Positions 10,172 through 20,772 are shown, counted from the first letter of the stretch. The stretch is 64,000 bases of DNA from Dehalococcoidia bacterium (GCA_009841045.1 VXMO01000056.1:206-64205), one strand, 5' to 3'. Made by a program: numbers and translations. The notes: generated by a model from the letters alone, not told the origin.

Positions 10172-11234
10172 CACCGACGACGTAGTGATGGACAAGGCCC
10201 CACAAGCCACTGAAGCTGAGAAAGAAGCGCCGGCTACGAACGGCCGTGAGCTGCCTCGGCGGCGTTGGCTGGGGCTTGGCCTCGTCCTGGCTGTTCTTGT
10301 CGTTTCCCTCGTCATCTGGGGCTCAAACATGGGGTTCCCAACAACCGTTGCACACGAGCAATCGTCCGATGGATCAGTGATGTTGCCGGTCAGCGCGCGA
10401 GAAGTAGTCGCGGATGTCATTGACGGCGCAGTTTCCTGGCTGACACGAGAGGCGGCGTGGGCCTTTGACTCGTTAGGGACAGGAGTCACATACGCCCTCG
10501 TTTATATCGAGAGGGGCCTGAAGTGGACGCCGTGGCCCGCCGTGGTTGTGGCGCTCGGGCTTATGGCGTACGCGGTGGGGCGGGTACCACTGCTGGCTTT
10601 CGCGCTGTCTGCGTTGTTCTTTATCGGGTTCATGGATTTATGGAACCGCACAATGGAAACCCTCGCACTCATGGCGGTGGCCGTCGCCGTGTGTATTGCG
10701 ATTGGCCTGCCAATTGGCATAATCGGGGCTCGAAGCGACTTTGTTGATCGCTTAATGAGGCCGATTCTGGACGGCATGCAGACGATGCCCAGCTTTGTTT
10801 ACCTGCTGCCGGGGATTCTTTTCTTCGGGTTGGGGAAGCCGGGCGCAATCTTCGCCACGCTGCTCTATGCCATGCCTCCTGTTATTCGCCTGACAAATCT
10901 CGGCATTCGGCAAGTCGCGCCTGACGTTGTCGACGCCGCGAGGGCATTCGGCTCATCGCATTGGCAGATCCTGACCAAGGTTCAGGTGCCGATGGCGCTG
11001 CCAACAATCATGGCCGGCGTGAACCAGACCACGATGATGGCATTGGCAATGGTCGTCATTGCCAGCCTTGTCGGCGCGGGCGGGCTGGGAGACAATGTCA
11101 ATCGTGCGCTGCAGAAGAATGAGCCGGGAAACGGCCTGCTTGCCGGTCTGGCAATCGTCTTCCTTGCTATCATTATTGACCGACTGACGCAGGCTGTGGC
11201 TGCCAGACGAACGGAGGCCGTGACCGCAGGATAA
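10164..11234 (+). CDS. proW: Glycine betaine/proline ABC transporter permease
   Basis: Multi-TM permease with the motif LTNLGIRQVAPDVVDAARAFG. Overlaps proV by 8 nt. Confidence 0.88.
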   Translation: MASTDDVVMDKAPQATEAEKEAPATNGRELPRRRWLGLGLVLAVLVVSLVIWGSNMGFPTTVAHEQSSDGSVMLPVSAREVVADVIDGAVSWLTREAAWAFDSLGTGVTYALVYIERGLKWTPWPAVVVALGLMAYAVGRVPLLAFALSALFFIGFMDLWNRTMETLALMAVAVAVCIAIGLPIGIIGARSDFVDRLMRPILDGMQTMPSFVYLLPGILFFGLGKPGAIFATLLYAMPPVIRLTNLGIRQVAPDVVDAARAFGSSHWQILTKVQVPMALPTIMAGVNQTTMMALAMVVIASLVGAGGLGDNVNRALQKNEPGNGLLAGLAIVFLAIIIDRLTQAVAARRTEAVTAG

Positions 11235-11311
11235 CGGCCTAATTCGCCCACACAGAAACAATTCTGAAGATTCGGTAAGATATAATCGCGATAAGGAAGG
11301 GGAGGTACCCT

Positions 11312-12358
11312 ATGAGAAAGTTCGTTATTCTTGCTCTCGCCATCGCTGCGTTGGCTGTCGCGGCCGTTGCGGGATGCACGCAGGAGGAAGAGAAAGACCC
11401 CATTGTGTTCAGCGATCTGAACTGGCCAAGCGCGCAGATTCAGAACCGCATCGCACAATACATCGTTGAGGAGGGTTACGGATACCCGACGGATGTTGTC
11501 TTCGGCGCAACACTGCCGCTGCTGCAGGGCCTGCGTGCCGGTGACACGCACGTGACCATGGAGATCTGGCTGCCGAACCAGGATGCCGCCTGGGTTGACG
11601 CGCTCGCCGAGGGAACTGTGCAGGAAGTCGGCTTTAGCCTGGGTGCAGACTGGCAGTCCGCATTCGTGATTCCTGCTTACCTGCAAGCACAGTACCCCGA
11701 TCTGGATAGCATTGAGGATCTCAAGGATCCGCAATACAAGGAACTGTTTGCCACTGCAGAGACCGACGGCAAGGCCCGGCTGGTGTCCTGTGTCATCGGA
11801 TGGGCTTGTGAAAACGTTAATGCCGCACAGATTGAGGGCTATGGGCTGGTGGATCACGTCCACGTTGTGAACCCCGGTGACGGCGCCGCCGCCAATGCAG
11901 ATCTCTATGGCGCCTATGAGCGCCAGGAGCCATGGCTCGGCTATCAGTGGGGCACGAACGACCCGGCACTCCTCCTTGACCTCGTTCGTCTGGAAGAGCC
12001 CGCCTACAACGAAGCCTGCTGGACAGCTATGCAGGCCTTCAGCGACGGTGGACCCGCCCCAACGGAGGGGTGCGCGTATCGAGACGCTGAGATCGTGATC
12101 GCCGTCCGCACAGACTTGGCGGAGCGCGCGCCTGAAGTCATCGACATGTTCGAGGAATGGACCTTTGACATTCCGCAGTTCGGCACGGTCGTGGCATGGC
12201 AGCAGGACAACCCTAATGCTGACACCGCCGATTCCGCGCTGTGGTGGCTCAACAACAACGAGGATGTCTGGAGCGCATGGGTTCCGGATGATATCGCTGA
12301 TGCCATCCAGGAATCCCTTGACGAGGGCGTAATCCCGGCCGGCTGGCCAACCGAGTAA
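11312..12358 (+). CDS. proX: Glycine betaine-type substrate-binding lipoprotein
   Basis: Signal peptide plus lipobox (AVAGC). Trp/aromatic-rich OpuAC-like sequence. Third gene after proV and proW. Confidence 0.8.
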   Translation: MRKFVILALAIAALAVAAVAGCTQEEEKDPIVFSDLNWPSAQIQNRIAQYIVEEGYGYPTDVVFGATLPLLQGLRAGDTHVTMEIWLPNQDAAWVDALAEGTVQEVGFSLGADWQSAFVIPAYLQAQYPDLDSIEDLKDPQYKELFATAETDGKARLVSCVIGWACENVNAAQIEGYGLVDHVHVVNPGDGAAANADLYGAYERQEPWLGYQWGTNDPALLLDLVRLEEPAYNEACWTAMQAFSDGGPAPTEGCAYRDAEIVIAVRTDLAERAPEVIDMFEEWTFDIPQFGTVVAWQQDNPNADTADSALWWLNNNEDVWSAWVPDDIADAIQESLDEGVIPAGWPTE

Positions 12359-12378
12359 ACCCGACTCGATCCTTAGCT

Positions 12379-12416
12379 GTCCCCTGATGCCGATTACATA
12401 ATCGGCATCAGGGGAC
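12379..12416 (+). terminator. Intrinsic terminator after proX
   Basis: Perfect 17-bp stem GTCCCCTGATGCCGATT-ACAT-AATCGGCATCAGGGGAC followed by GCTTTGTGC. Starts 21 nt after the stop. Confidence 0.7.
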
Positions 12417-12483
12417 GCTTTGTGCTACTCTCCGCGCAGCGCGGTTGTGAACCGCGTGATTGCGAATGAAAGGCGGAGAGCTA

Positions 12484-13683
12484 ATGGGCAGCATCGACTA
12501 TTCCCGCTTCTGGACGGTGCCTGAGAGGCCCGTGCCTACATGGCAGGAAGAGGTTTTTCAGTACGACTTCGGTGGCGCCAATCCCGGTCCGGATGTCATG
12601 CCGATTGAAGAGCTGGCGGAAGCGGCGCGAGCTGTCATCCACGAAGAGAAGGAAATCATCGCCCGCTACCCGCCCACCTACGGCCCCGTCCGCACACGTG
12701 AGATCATCCTGCATAAGATGGCCGCGCATCGTGGCATGACGTGGCCAACCATCACTGAGGTGCTCACCACCAACGGCTCTGCGCAGGGCATCACGCTCTG
12801 TCTTGAAACCCTCACCAACCCGGGCGATACGATCATCACTGATCGATTCTTCTACCAGGGCGCCGTGAGGGCATTCATCGCAAGGGAACTCCGCATCGTC
12901 ACCATCGACAGAGATGAGGACGGGATGCGGATGGACCTTCTTGAGCAGAAACTCGACGAACTGAAGTCCGAGGGCGTTACCCCCAAGTTCATCTATACGA
13001 TCCCCAGTCCGCAGAACCCCGACGGGTCCATCATGCCGCCCGACCGCCGCGCGAAGATGCTTGCCCTCGCGCAGGAATACGACACGCTGATTCTTGAGGA
13101 TGACTGCTACGTGGACCAGATGCTGGACGTCGACGAAATGCCCCCTGCTATCGCATCGCTGGACGGAGCACAGGAACGCGTCATCTACATTGCCACGTTT
13201 TCAAAGATTCTCTCACCCGGCGTACGCGTGGCTTGGGTGGCAGGAGACGAGCGTCTTATTGAACGGATGGCGGCGTACAAGCAGGATGTCGGCAATGACT
13301 ACCTTTCCGGCCTCATTGTCGCCAAGTTCATGGAAGATCACATGGACGCCCGCATCAGCCACCTGAACGACCGGATGAGGCACAAGCGGAACACGATGAT
13401 CGCTGCGCTTGGTGAGAACTTCGGACCGTTGGTGAGCATGACGGTACCCAAGGCAGGTATGTTCGTGTGGGCAGAGTTCCCGCAGGGCACGGATATGCAG
13501 GCGCTTGAGCCGATAACACAGGAGCGCGGTGTGCGCTATCTCGGCGGGCACCAGTTCTCTCCCACCGGAGAGGGTTCACAGCGAGCGCGGCTTAACTACA
13601 GCTTCCCCACGCCGCAGGAAATCCAGGATGGCATCGGCCTGCTGGCCAACGTGATGAGGGAAGAGGGTTCTCTGCCGGACTAG
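12484..13683 (+). CDS. PLP-dependent aminotransferase (class I/II, 2-aminoadipate/LysN-like)
   Basis: SFSKILSPGVRVAW lysine motif region and TIPSPQNPDG. ATG at 12484 has the SD GGAG 6 nt upstream; the ORF track start at 12460 is TTG. Confidence 0.85.
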   Translation: MGSIDYSRFWTVPERPVPTWQEEVFQYDFGGANPGPDVMPIEELAEAARAVIHEEKEIIARYPPTYGPVRTREIILHKMAAHRGMTWPTITEVLTTNGSAQGITLCLETLTNPGDTIITDRFFYQGAVRAFIARELRIVTIDRDEDGMRMDLLEQKLDELKSEGVTPKFIYTIPSPQNPDGSIMPPDRRAKMLALAQEYDTLILEDDCYVDQMLDVDEMPPAIASLDGAQERVIYIATFSKILSPGVRVAWVAGDERLIERMAAYKQDVGNDYLSGLIVAKFMEDHMDARISHLNDRMRHKRNTMIAALGENFGPLVSMTVPKAGMFVWAEFPQGTDMQALEPITQERGVRYLGGHQFSPTGEGSQRARLNYSFPTPQEIQDGIGLLANVMREEGSLPD

Positions 13684-13730
13684 CGCCGCCGGTCTTTGCG
13701 GCGAAGGAGCGAACGGGGCGCCGCCGGACG

Positions 13731-15107
13731 CTAGATCACCGGCCAGCGGGGCGGGAATGACGTGTTGGTGCGCTCCAGCATAGACTCTCCGTGACGCTGT
13801 ACCCGCTGGGCCAGTTCCCATTCATCGACGAATGTCGCTTCGCCACCCTCTACGACCGTCCGCCCGTTCACTATCACCGTGTGGACGCTGCGACCGTCCG
13901 CGTTGTACACGAGACTGTTTACCGGGTTGAACAGCGTTCGCCACTGCGCCCGGCGCGTGTCGAACATCACAAGATCAGCCTTCTTGTCCGCCTCGATGGA
14001 TCCGATTTCATCATCCAGTCCGAGAACTGTCGCTCCGCCGATTGTCGCCATTTCCAGCGCAGTCTCCGCAGGAACCATCCGCGTGTCCGTCCGGGCATCC
14101 TTGAACAGGATGGCGATGAGATACATGGATCGAAGTGTTTCGATGAGGTTCGCGTTATTACCGGCATCAGTGCCGAGTCCCAGCGTTACGCCGCTGCGAA
14201 TCATTTCCGGCACCATTCCCTGCTGTGAAAGGCCGGAGCCCATCTTCATGGCCGCCGTTGGGCACACAATGCCGACCGTGTTGCTACGTGCCATGGAGGC
14301 AACCTCTTTGCCGTCCAGCCCTATGATGTGCGCCAACACGACGTTATCCCCGAGAATGCCCTGATCCTCCATCCATATGGTTGGGCGGACGTTGTGGTTC
14401 TCAAGGAACGCGCGCACGGTGGCAGGGCCGTTTCCATGGTGCAGGGTGAGTCGAGTGCCCATGGAATCAGCCAAGGCCTTAAGTTCCCGAAGCAGGGCCG
14501 GTGAGCAGTAATCGATGGAGAACGGCATCGCCCATGCGTGAACGCGGCCGTCGAGTCCGCCGTCGTAGGCGTCAATCGTTCGCCCCGTCAGCGCGACGGC
14601 CTCTCCCGTCTCATAGACGGGCAGGTTGAGCGGGTTCGTCTGATCCGTGACCTGCCTCCCGACGACGATGCGGCAGCCGGCCCTCTCATAGGCGTCCATG
14701 CAGGCATCAAGGAATCGGGTGCTCCCGGGATCCACGAACGTCGTTGTGCCGCCACGCAGCAATTCAGTAATGCCCAACAGCGACGTATCGTGCTCCTCCT
14801 CCTCGGTCATTGACTGTTGCAGCGCAAAGACATTGCTCAGGTAGTCGCGAGGACTGAGGTCATCGGGAAAGATGCCGCGCGTCGCGTGCGCATAGGAAAT
14901 GTGCATGTGCCCGTTGACGAACCCGGGCGTAATCACCATTTCCCGCGCGTCAATGACCGTCTCCGCCGGCGCGTTCGCCAGGTCCACCGCCTTGCCCACG
15001 TGCGTGATGCGGTCGTCATCGAAAATGATTGTCCCGTCGGTAATGATGCGGCGTGACGCGTTCATCGTCATGATGAACTTGGCGTTGGCAATTTTGACGC
15101 GTGCCAT
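13731..15107 (-). CDS. Metal-dependent amidohydrolase/deaminase (chlorohydrolase-SsnA-MTA/SAH deaminase superfamily)
   Basis: HxH motif (VNGHMHISYA), LTLHHGN, and GLGTDAGNN aspartate region. Confidence 0.8.
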   Translation of the reverse strand: MARVKIANAKFIMTMNASRRIITDGTIIFDDDRITHVGKAVDLANAPAETVIDAREMVITPGFVNGHMHISYAHATRGIFPDDLSPRDYLSNVFALQQSMTEEEEHDTSLLGITELLRGGTTTFVDPGSTRFLDACMDAYERAGCRIVVGRQVTDQTNPLNLPVYETGEAVALTGRTIDAYDGGLDGRVHAWAMPFSIDYCSPALLRELKALADSMGTRLTLHHGNGPATVRAFLENHNVRPTIWMEDQGILGDNVVLAHIIGLDGKEVASMARSNTVGIVCPTAAMKMGSGLSQQGMVPEMIRSGVTLGLGTDAGNNANLIETLRSMYLIAILFKDARTDTRMVPAETALEMATIGGATVLGLDDEIGSIEADKKADLVMFDTRRAQWRTLFNPVNSLVYNADGRSVHTVIVNGRTVVEGGEATFVDEWELAQRVQRHGESMLERTNTSFPPRWPVI

Positions 15108-15124
15108 CGAACGAGCCTCTGCGT

Positions 15125-16354
15125 TCAGTTAGCGTCCCTCGCCTCAAAGTCTGCGCGTACCGCCCGCAGGAAATCCGCATCCGTTAGCGCGTCTATGCCG
15201 GTCAGCGCCAGCGACTTCGCCACCCCCAGCGCGCTCTCATGCGCCAAGTCAGACAGCGCTGCCTCGGTCATCTGGATTGAATGCGCCGGTATAGGCGTCT
15301 CACTTACGGCAAAGTTCACTGCGAACGACGGCATGCGCTGGCTCACGTTGCCGAAATCCGTCGATGCGCCGCCGCGAGAGCCGGGTCGTGGGTCGTTGAC
15401 ATGCATTCCCACAGCCTCGGCGTATTGCCGCGCTGCACGAGCAAGGGGTTCGTTCGGGCGCACGTTCTCATACATCGGATGCGCGTCAAGGATTTCAAGT
15501 GTTGCGCCTGTAAGCGTTGCTGCTCCCTCTGCCACCTGCTTCACGCGCTCTACTACCTCACTCAGGTAGTCACGGTCGCGCGAACGCAGCATGAAATTCG
15601 CTGCGGCAAAGTCCGGGACGATGTTTGGCGCCAGACCGCCATCCGTGATGATGCCGTGAATGCGGACATCCTCCCGAAGGTGCTGCCTAAGGGCATCGAT
15701 TCCGGTGAAGAGGTGGATGACGGAGTTGAGCGCGTTGATGCCGTGGTGCGGAGAGACCGCGGCGTGGGCAGCCTTGCCGTGGTAGGCAAATCGATAGCCG
15801 ACCATCGCCAGGCTCCAGCTCTCTTCGATTGGGATTGAGTTGGGGATAACGGTGCGGTTTGCCGCCGGATGTGAAGAAAGCGCAACGTCCACGTTGCCGA
15901 ATGAGCCCGCATCGATCATTCGGATCTTTCCACCGCCGCCTTCCTCCGCCGGCGTTCCAAGCACTTCTATGGTGCCCGGCAGCCTTGGCATCAGGGCCTT
16001 CAGGGCGAGTGCCGCGCCGATATTGGAGATCGCGATTAGATTGTGGCCGCAGCCGTGGCCGATTTCAGGTAGAGCATCATATTCAGCGAGGAATGCGACA
16101 TTTGGGCCCGGGCCAGCGCCGCCCTCGAGCGTTGCTCTGAAAGCGGTCTCAACACCTCCGGTTCCGCGCTCAACCGTGAAGCCGTGCCGTTCCATTGCAT
16201 CCGCCAACAGCGCGGACGAATAAAACTCCTCATAGTTGAGTTCAGGATGCGCATGAACGTCCTTGCTGATGCGGATGAGTTCATCGCTCAACTCGTCCAC
16301 TGCCGCTGATACTGCTGACACAAACTCATTGGGTTTCAGGTCCGATGTCGCCAC
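15125..16354 (-). CDS. M20-family amidohydrolase (aminoacylase/AbgB-like)
   Basis: HAHPELNYEE, GHGCGHN and GTPAEEGGGGK motifs typical of M20D peptidases. Confidence 0.85.
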   Translation of the reverse strand: MATSDLKPNEFVSAVSAAVDELSDELIRISKDVHAHPELNYEEFYSSALLADAMERHGFTVERGTGGVETAFRATLEGGAGPGPNVAFLAEYDALPEIGHGCGHNLIAISNIGAALALKALMPRLPGTIEVLGTPAEEGGGGKIRMIDAGSFGNVDVALSSHPAANRTVIPNSIPIEESWSLAMVGYRFAYHGKAAHAAVSPHHGINALNSVIHLFTGIDALRQHLREDVRIHGIITDGGLAPNIVPDFAAANFMLRSRDRDYLSEVVERVKQVAEGAATLTGATLEILDAHPMYENVRPNEPLARAARQYAEAVGMHVNDPRPGSRGGASTDFGNVSQRMPSFAVNFAVSETPIPAHSIQMTEAALSDLAHESALGVAKSLALTGIDALTDADFLRAVRADFEARDAN

Positions 16355-16388
16355 AGGATGCCCCCTCGATTCCGTACTGTTTCCCTAT

Positions 16389-16850
16389 CTATTCTGACAG
16401 GTCGCCAGATGCCTCGATTGCCTTGACCTTTTCGAGGCGTCTCGCATGACGCTCCTCGCCTGTGAACGTGGCGCCGACAAATGCTGCAATGACGCTGTCG
16501 GCAATCGCTGAGCCGATGATGCGCGAACCGATGCACAAGACGTTCATATCGTCATGTTCCACGCCCTGTCTTGCTGAATACGTGTCATGACAGACGCCGG
16601 CCCGCACGCCCCGCACCTTGTTCGCGACGATGCTTGCCCCCACGCCGCTTCCGCAGAGCACGACGCCGCGATCGGCTCGGCCCTGCGCGACCTCCGAGGC
16701 TACTGCAAGGGCGAAGTCCGGGTAGTCGTCATTCGCATCATATTCATGCGCGCCGAGATCGACCGGTGTGTGGGCCAACGCGGCAATGCGTGCGATAACC
16801 GTTTCCTTGAGCGGGAGACCTGCATGGTCGGCCCCGACAGCAATCTTCAC
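16389..16850 (-). CDS. rpiB: Ribose-5-phosphate isomerase B
   Basis: VKIAVGADHAGL..., CGSGVGASIVANK. The GTG at 16850 has the SD AAGGGAG upstream. The ORF-track start (16925) would overlap the upstream gene. Confidence 0.88.
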   Translation of the reverse strand: MKIAVGADHAGLPLKETVIARIAALAHTPVDLGAHEYDANDDYPDFALAVASEVAQGRADRGVVLCGSGVGASIVANKVRGVRAGVCHDTYSARQGVEHDDMNVLCIGSRIIGSAIADSVIAAFVGATFTGEERHARRLEKVKAIEASGDLSE

Positions 16851-16866
16851 GGAATGGCGCTCCCTT

Positions 16867-17610
16867 TTAGCCCAGGAAAGTCCCTGCGATGTCCGGCGCG
16901 ATACGCCCGACCCATGAAAGGGCAATCATTTTGATGATTGAGGCAATGATGACGTAGATAAGGAATGCAATCAGCGGGAAGCGTGAGATGCCCGCGATGG
17001 CGCTAATTGCGTCGCCGGGCGCAAAAGGAATCAGGTTGCCCAGGAAGAGAATGACCACTCCCCACTTGCTGTTGAAAAGATCCGTCATACGCTGTCTTAT
17101 CCTGCTCGATTCTCCCATCGCGCCGCGACCAAGTACTCCGGCAAGGTATGCGGTGCTACCGCCGAGTCCGGTGCCGATGCCAGTTACAACACCCAGCCGC
17201 CACGGATCGATGATCTCCGCCATGCCGAGGATGATCAGGATGCCGGGCGCGGGAAGAACGACTGTCGCGCTTGACGTCAGGCTGATAACGAAAGCGCCGA
17301 TCAGGCCGAATTGTTCAATGCGCGCCTCGTCCGCGTTTAGATATGCGACGAATAGGCCGCCTGCGACAAGGAATGTTCCGAAAAAGAGACCGCTTAGGGC
17401 GATCTTCATTTGGATTGTCCAACGAAATTGTGTTGGGCGGAACCTGCTTAGGCGGTCGCGCAGGTGCTCAACCTCATCGGGGCGACGCACCCCTGTGCGT
17501 CCACGTCGGCGACCTGCAATGCGGGCAGGCGCAACCCGATTGAGATCCATTTGCGGCGCGTCCGGAGCGCGCCGTGTCACGGGCGAGAGCCCTGTCCAAC
17601 GAGTAGACAC
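16867..17610 (-). CDS. DedA/VTT-family membrane protein
   Basis: Multi-TM protein with LPAPG and FAPGDAISAIAG motifs. Start uncertain; candidates are 17610, 17550 and 17409. Confidence 0.7.
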   Translation of the reverse strand: MSTRWTGLSPVTRRAPDAPQMDLNRVAPARIAGRRRGRTGVRRPDEVEHLRDRLSRFRPTQFRWTIQMKIALSGLFFGTFLVAGGLFVAYLNADEARIEQFGLIGAFVISLTSSATVVLPAPGILIILGMAEIIDPWRLGVVTGIGTGLGGSTAYLAGVLGRGAMGESSRIRQRMTDLFNSKWGVVILFLGNLIPFAPGDAISAIAGISRFPLIAFLIYVIIASIIKMIALSWVGRIAPDIAGTFLG

Positions 17611-17712
17611 TATGAACTTTCCCTTTGCGCTACTTAGGGACGTACTACCGCCCGCGGACGGCGGCCTCCACTCCCACCCATTCTAACCCAAGACATCCCT
17701 GCTACCGGCATG

Positions 17713-18651
17713 TCACATGGCAAATGCCTCATCAACTTTGTCCAACAGGCTCGTCGGCTCGATGCCGAATGTATCCCGCATCACTAAGGGGCTCGTATGG
17801 TTATCCCGGGTGAGCTGACGCAATTCAGACGCCGTGACCAGCGCTTTCTTTCCGACCAGCCGCGGGAGACTCGCGCCAGCCAGCAACAGAGGGGATGGAA
17901 GCGGCAACACAATTCGCCTGAGCCCGAGTTGACGCAGGGCCAGCCTAACGAGTTCCCTGTACGTCCATGTTTCAGGACCTCCAAGTTCGTAGGTGCCGCC
18001 CATTAGGCTCTCGTCTCGTAGCGCAACCGCGACACAAAGCGCGGCATCATCACGCCAGATTGGTTGATACAGCCCATCCTGCCGCGGTACGACTGCGAAT
18101 GGCCACGTGCTCTTCAAGCTCCTGGCTATGCGATCGAACATGCTGCCCCGCACACCGAAAATCACGGATGGCCGCAAGACAATCCAATCCAGACCTGACT
18201 CACGCGTTTCGCGCTCTGCCACCCCCCGAGTCCGCTCAAACTCGTCAAGAGAGTCCGGGTCGGCCCCAATGCCCGTCACGTGGATGAACCGCCGGACGCC
18301 TGCCTGATGAGCCGCCTCTATGACAGTCCGCGTGCCCTCCTGGAAAACCCCGGCAAAGGTCTGCGCGTCTCCGCTCTCACGCAGGATTCCGACGAGATGC
18401 ACGACCGCGTCGACGCCGTCGAGTGCTGCTGTCAGCGCTTTGACATCGCGAATATCGCCGTCAAAGGGCTTTATGCCCGGCGCAACGGTTGCCTGTGTCG
18501 CTCGCCGTGAGTAGACACGTGTGGCGTACCCATCTGCAATAAGGCGTTTTGCCACGATAGTCCCCATCACCCCCGTTCCACCTGTCACAAGTACGGTAGA
18601 ATGGAAGTCGGCGCGGGAAGGCCGATCGACGCGGCTGCCTGGAGCGGCCAT
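17713..18651 (-). CDS. NAD(P)-binding SDR/epimerase-like protein (NDUFA9/NmrA-like)
   Basis: Rossmann motif VTGGTGVMG. The ATG at 18651 is preferred over the TTG at 18657. Confidence 0.8.
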   Translation of the reverse strand: MAAPGSRVDRPSRADFHSTVLVTGGTGVMGTIVAKRLIADGYATRVYSRRATQATVAPGIKPFDGDIRDVKALTAALDGVDAVVHLVGILRESGDAQTFAGVFQEGTRTVIEAAHQAGVRRFIHVTGIGADPDSLDEFERTRGVAERETRESGLDWIVLRPSVIFGVRGSMFDRIARSLKSTWPFAVVPRQDGLYQPIWRDDAALCVAVALRDESLMGGTYELGGPETWTYRELVRLALRQLGLRRIVLPLPSPLLLAGASLPRLVGKKALVTASELRQLTRDNHTSPLVMRDTFGIEPTSLLDKVDEAFAM

Positions 18652-18727
18652 TGTCAAAGTATAGCTGTCGTCAGACAGGGACTACAGTTCCCGTGCTAGT
18701 CAACAGGAGAAGTGTGGTCAGTAATTC

Positions 18728-19942
18728 ATGACGCGGGGTGTTAGGACTTTTGTCCCCAGGATGAGACCGACGCTGCTTGGGGTTATTGCGGCGGGCGTCG
18801 TTCTTGCTATCGGGCTAAGTGGGGCCTGTAATGGTGAGCCGCCGACTCCCACACCTACGGCATCACCTATTCCAACATACACCCCTATCCCGACCAACAC
18901 TCCGACAGTTACGCCAACGCCAACCATCACACCAACGCCAACCGCGACGCCACGGCCGGCTTTGCCCACGGCAACACCCTTGCCCACTCCTACCGCCACG
19001 CCAAAGCCAATCCGCACTCCGGAAGAAGTGGTGGCCGAGGTGGGGGATTCCATTGTTCGCATCAATGTTGGAAACCGCCAGGGAACAGGATTTGTTCTCG
19101 ACGAAGAGGGCCATATCGTCACGAGCTCCGAACTCATTCCACTGGACGCCACAGAAATCCAGGTGACACATGCGACGACCGGTTCGGTGCTCGCCACGTT
19201 AGTCGGTCGCGACGAACTTCGGGATGTGGCTCTGCTGCGACTCCCCGTAGACGGTGAAATCCCGCCACTAAGTCTGGTGGGTGACGCATTTGTTCCCGCC
19301 GGCGAGAGTATTGTCGCTGTTGGGTACCCCGGTGGAGCAGGTGGGCAAGTGCCGACCGGTGCGAGCGGCAGGATTCAGGCCCGGCACGAGATCGGGGTAA
19401 CGTTGTACTTCCAAATTGATAGGCAATTCGTTGAGGGCCTAAGTGGCGCGCCCATCTTCAATTTGAATACGGACGTTGTCGGCATCGTGTCCCCGAGAAT
19501 CGTAGAAGTGCTTGGTCCCGGCTCCGCCGCGTCCGGGCTGGGTATTGCCGTCCGATCGATTTTGTCCAACGCAGAAGACCTCAAGCGAGGCGCCACCTGT
19601 TTCCGTACGCACGAGCCGCCTGTCACAAGCATTAATCCACTCCCACCCTTCCCGCGGCTCTACCAGGGAACTGTCACAATAGATGGTCAACCGGCGCCGA
19701 TTGGGACGAGCATTCAGGCGCGAATCGCTGGATATGTCACGGACATCGAAAGGGTCGTTGAGGCTGGGAAACTGCCGCTCATGACCGTTCAACCACCGGA
19801 AGAAGCGGGGTATGTCGGTGAAGAAGTCCGGCTATACGTGAACTGCTTCGAAGTCCCGATTGCCGACCCGGAGAAGAGGGTCTATGTCTCTGACGTTTCC
19901 AATCCCCTGGTGAGAGTTGATCTGACCCTTACCACAACCTGA
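18728..19942 (+). CDS. Trypsin-like serine protease lipoprotein with Pro/Thr-rich linker and an unknown C-terminal domain
   Basis: Lipobox LSGAC, then ~60 aa of PT repeats. Catalytic triad context [22 protein letters not shown]. Confidence 0.8.
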   Translation: MTRGVRTFVPRMRPTLLGVIAAGVVLAIGLSGACNGEPPTPTPTASPIPTYTPIPTNTPTVTPTPTITPTPTATPRPALPTATPLPTPTATPKPIRTPEEVVAEVGDSIVRINVGNRQGTGFVLDEEGHIVTSSELIPLDATEIQVTHATTGSVLATLVGRDELRDVALLRLPVDGEIPPLSLVGDAFVPAGESIVAVGYPGGAGGQVPTGASGRIQARHEIGVTLYFQIDRQFVEGLSGAPIFNLNTDVVGIVSPRIVEVLGPGSAASGLGIAVRSILSNAEDLKRGATCFRTHEPPVTSINPLPPFPRLYQGTVTIDGQPAPIGTSIQARIAGYVTDIERVVEAGKLPLMTVQPPEEAGYVGEEVRLYVNCFEVPIADPEKRVYVSDVSNPLVRVDLTLTTT

Positions 19943-20001
19943 TGCTGCCTGCTGACCGGTGACACTCCTCAACGAGGCCGGGTTACGCTTCACGCTGGCA
20001 A

Positions 20002-20772
20002 ATGATTATCCGCCTTACAGGCGCCCATAACGCGGAATCCGCCAAGACGAGACTGGCAGGTATCGTCATTGACGGCCGCGTCGCGCTCGATGCCGGTAGC
20101 CTGACGCGTTCGCTGACCCTTGAGGAACTGCAGGATCTCCGCCACGTGTTCCTCACGCATCGCCACTACGATCACATTCGCGATCTCCCCGCATTGGCAT
20201 ACGCGACTCCTTTAGCGGGCACGCTCCACGTCTATGGTCTGCAAGACACGCTTGATACCCTCTCTGCTCACCTGATGAACAACGTCATCTATTCCGCGTA
20301 CCAGGAACGAACAGGTGAGGACGGCAACCCACGCGCCCGGTTTCATCTGCTGGAACCGGACAGATCCGTGACACTTGGCGATCTTGTTGTCACGCCATAT
20401 ACGGCCAATCACACCGCGCCCGCAGTCGGATTCCACGTCTCCGGTGGCGAGAGAAGCCTCTACTATACGGGCGACACTGCCCCGGGTTTCTCGGCCCACC
20501 TTGCAACGTCTCCGCCGGACATCCTCATCTCTGAGGTCACGTACTCCAACGCGGGCGCAGGGGACGCATCTCGCAATGGCCATATGACCCCTGCGTTGTT
20601 GCAAAGAGAAATCGGGAGCACTGTTGCTGAGTCCGGTTGGACGCCCCGCGTCATTGTGGTTCACCTCAACCCCGCCCATGAGCAGAAGATTGCCCACGAG
20701 GTCGAGGCCCTTCGTGCCGAGACGGGTTGGGATATTACTCTCGGCGCGGCGGACATGGCATTGACTGTCTAA
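20002..20772 (+). CDS. MBL-fold metallo-hydrolase (phosphodiesterase-like)
   Basis: THRHYDH motif. Confidence 0.8.
   Translation: MIIRLTGAHNAESAKTRLAGIVIDGRVALDAGSLTRSLTLEELQDLRHVFLTHRHYDHIRDLPALAYATPLAGTLHVYGLQDTLDTLSAHLMNNVIYSAYQERTGEDGNPRARFHLLEPDRSVTLGDLVVTPYTANHTAPAVGFHVSGGERSLYYTGDTAPGFSAHLATSPPDILISEVTYSNAGAGDASRNGHMTPALLQREIGSTVAESGWTPRVIVVHLNPAHEQKIAHEVEALRAETGWDITLGAADMALTV

Noticed and set aside
10982-11863. 293-aa minus-strand ORF spanning the proW/proX junction
   Set aside because: It is antisense to two well-supported ABC transporter genes and crosses their intergenic region. No motifs.
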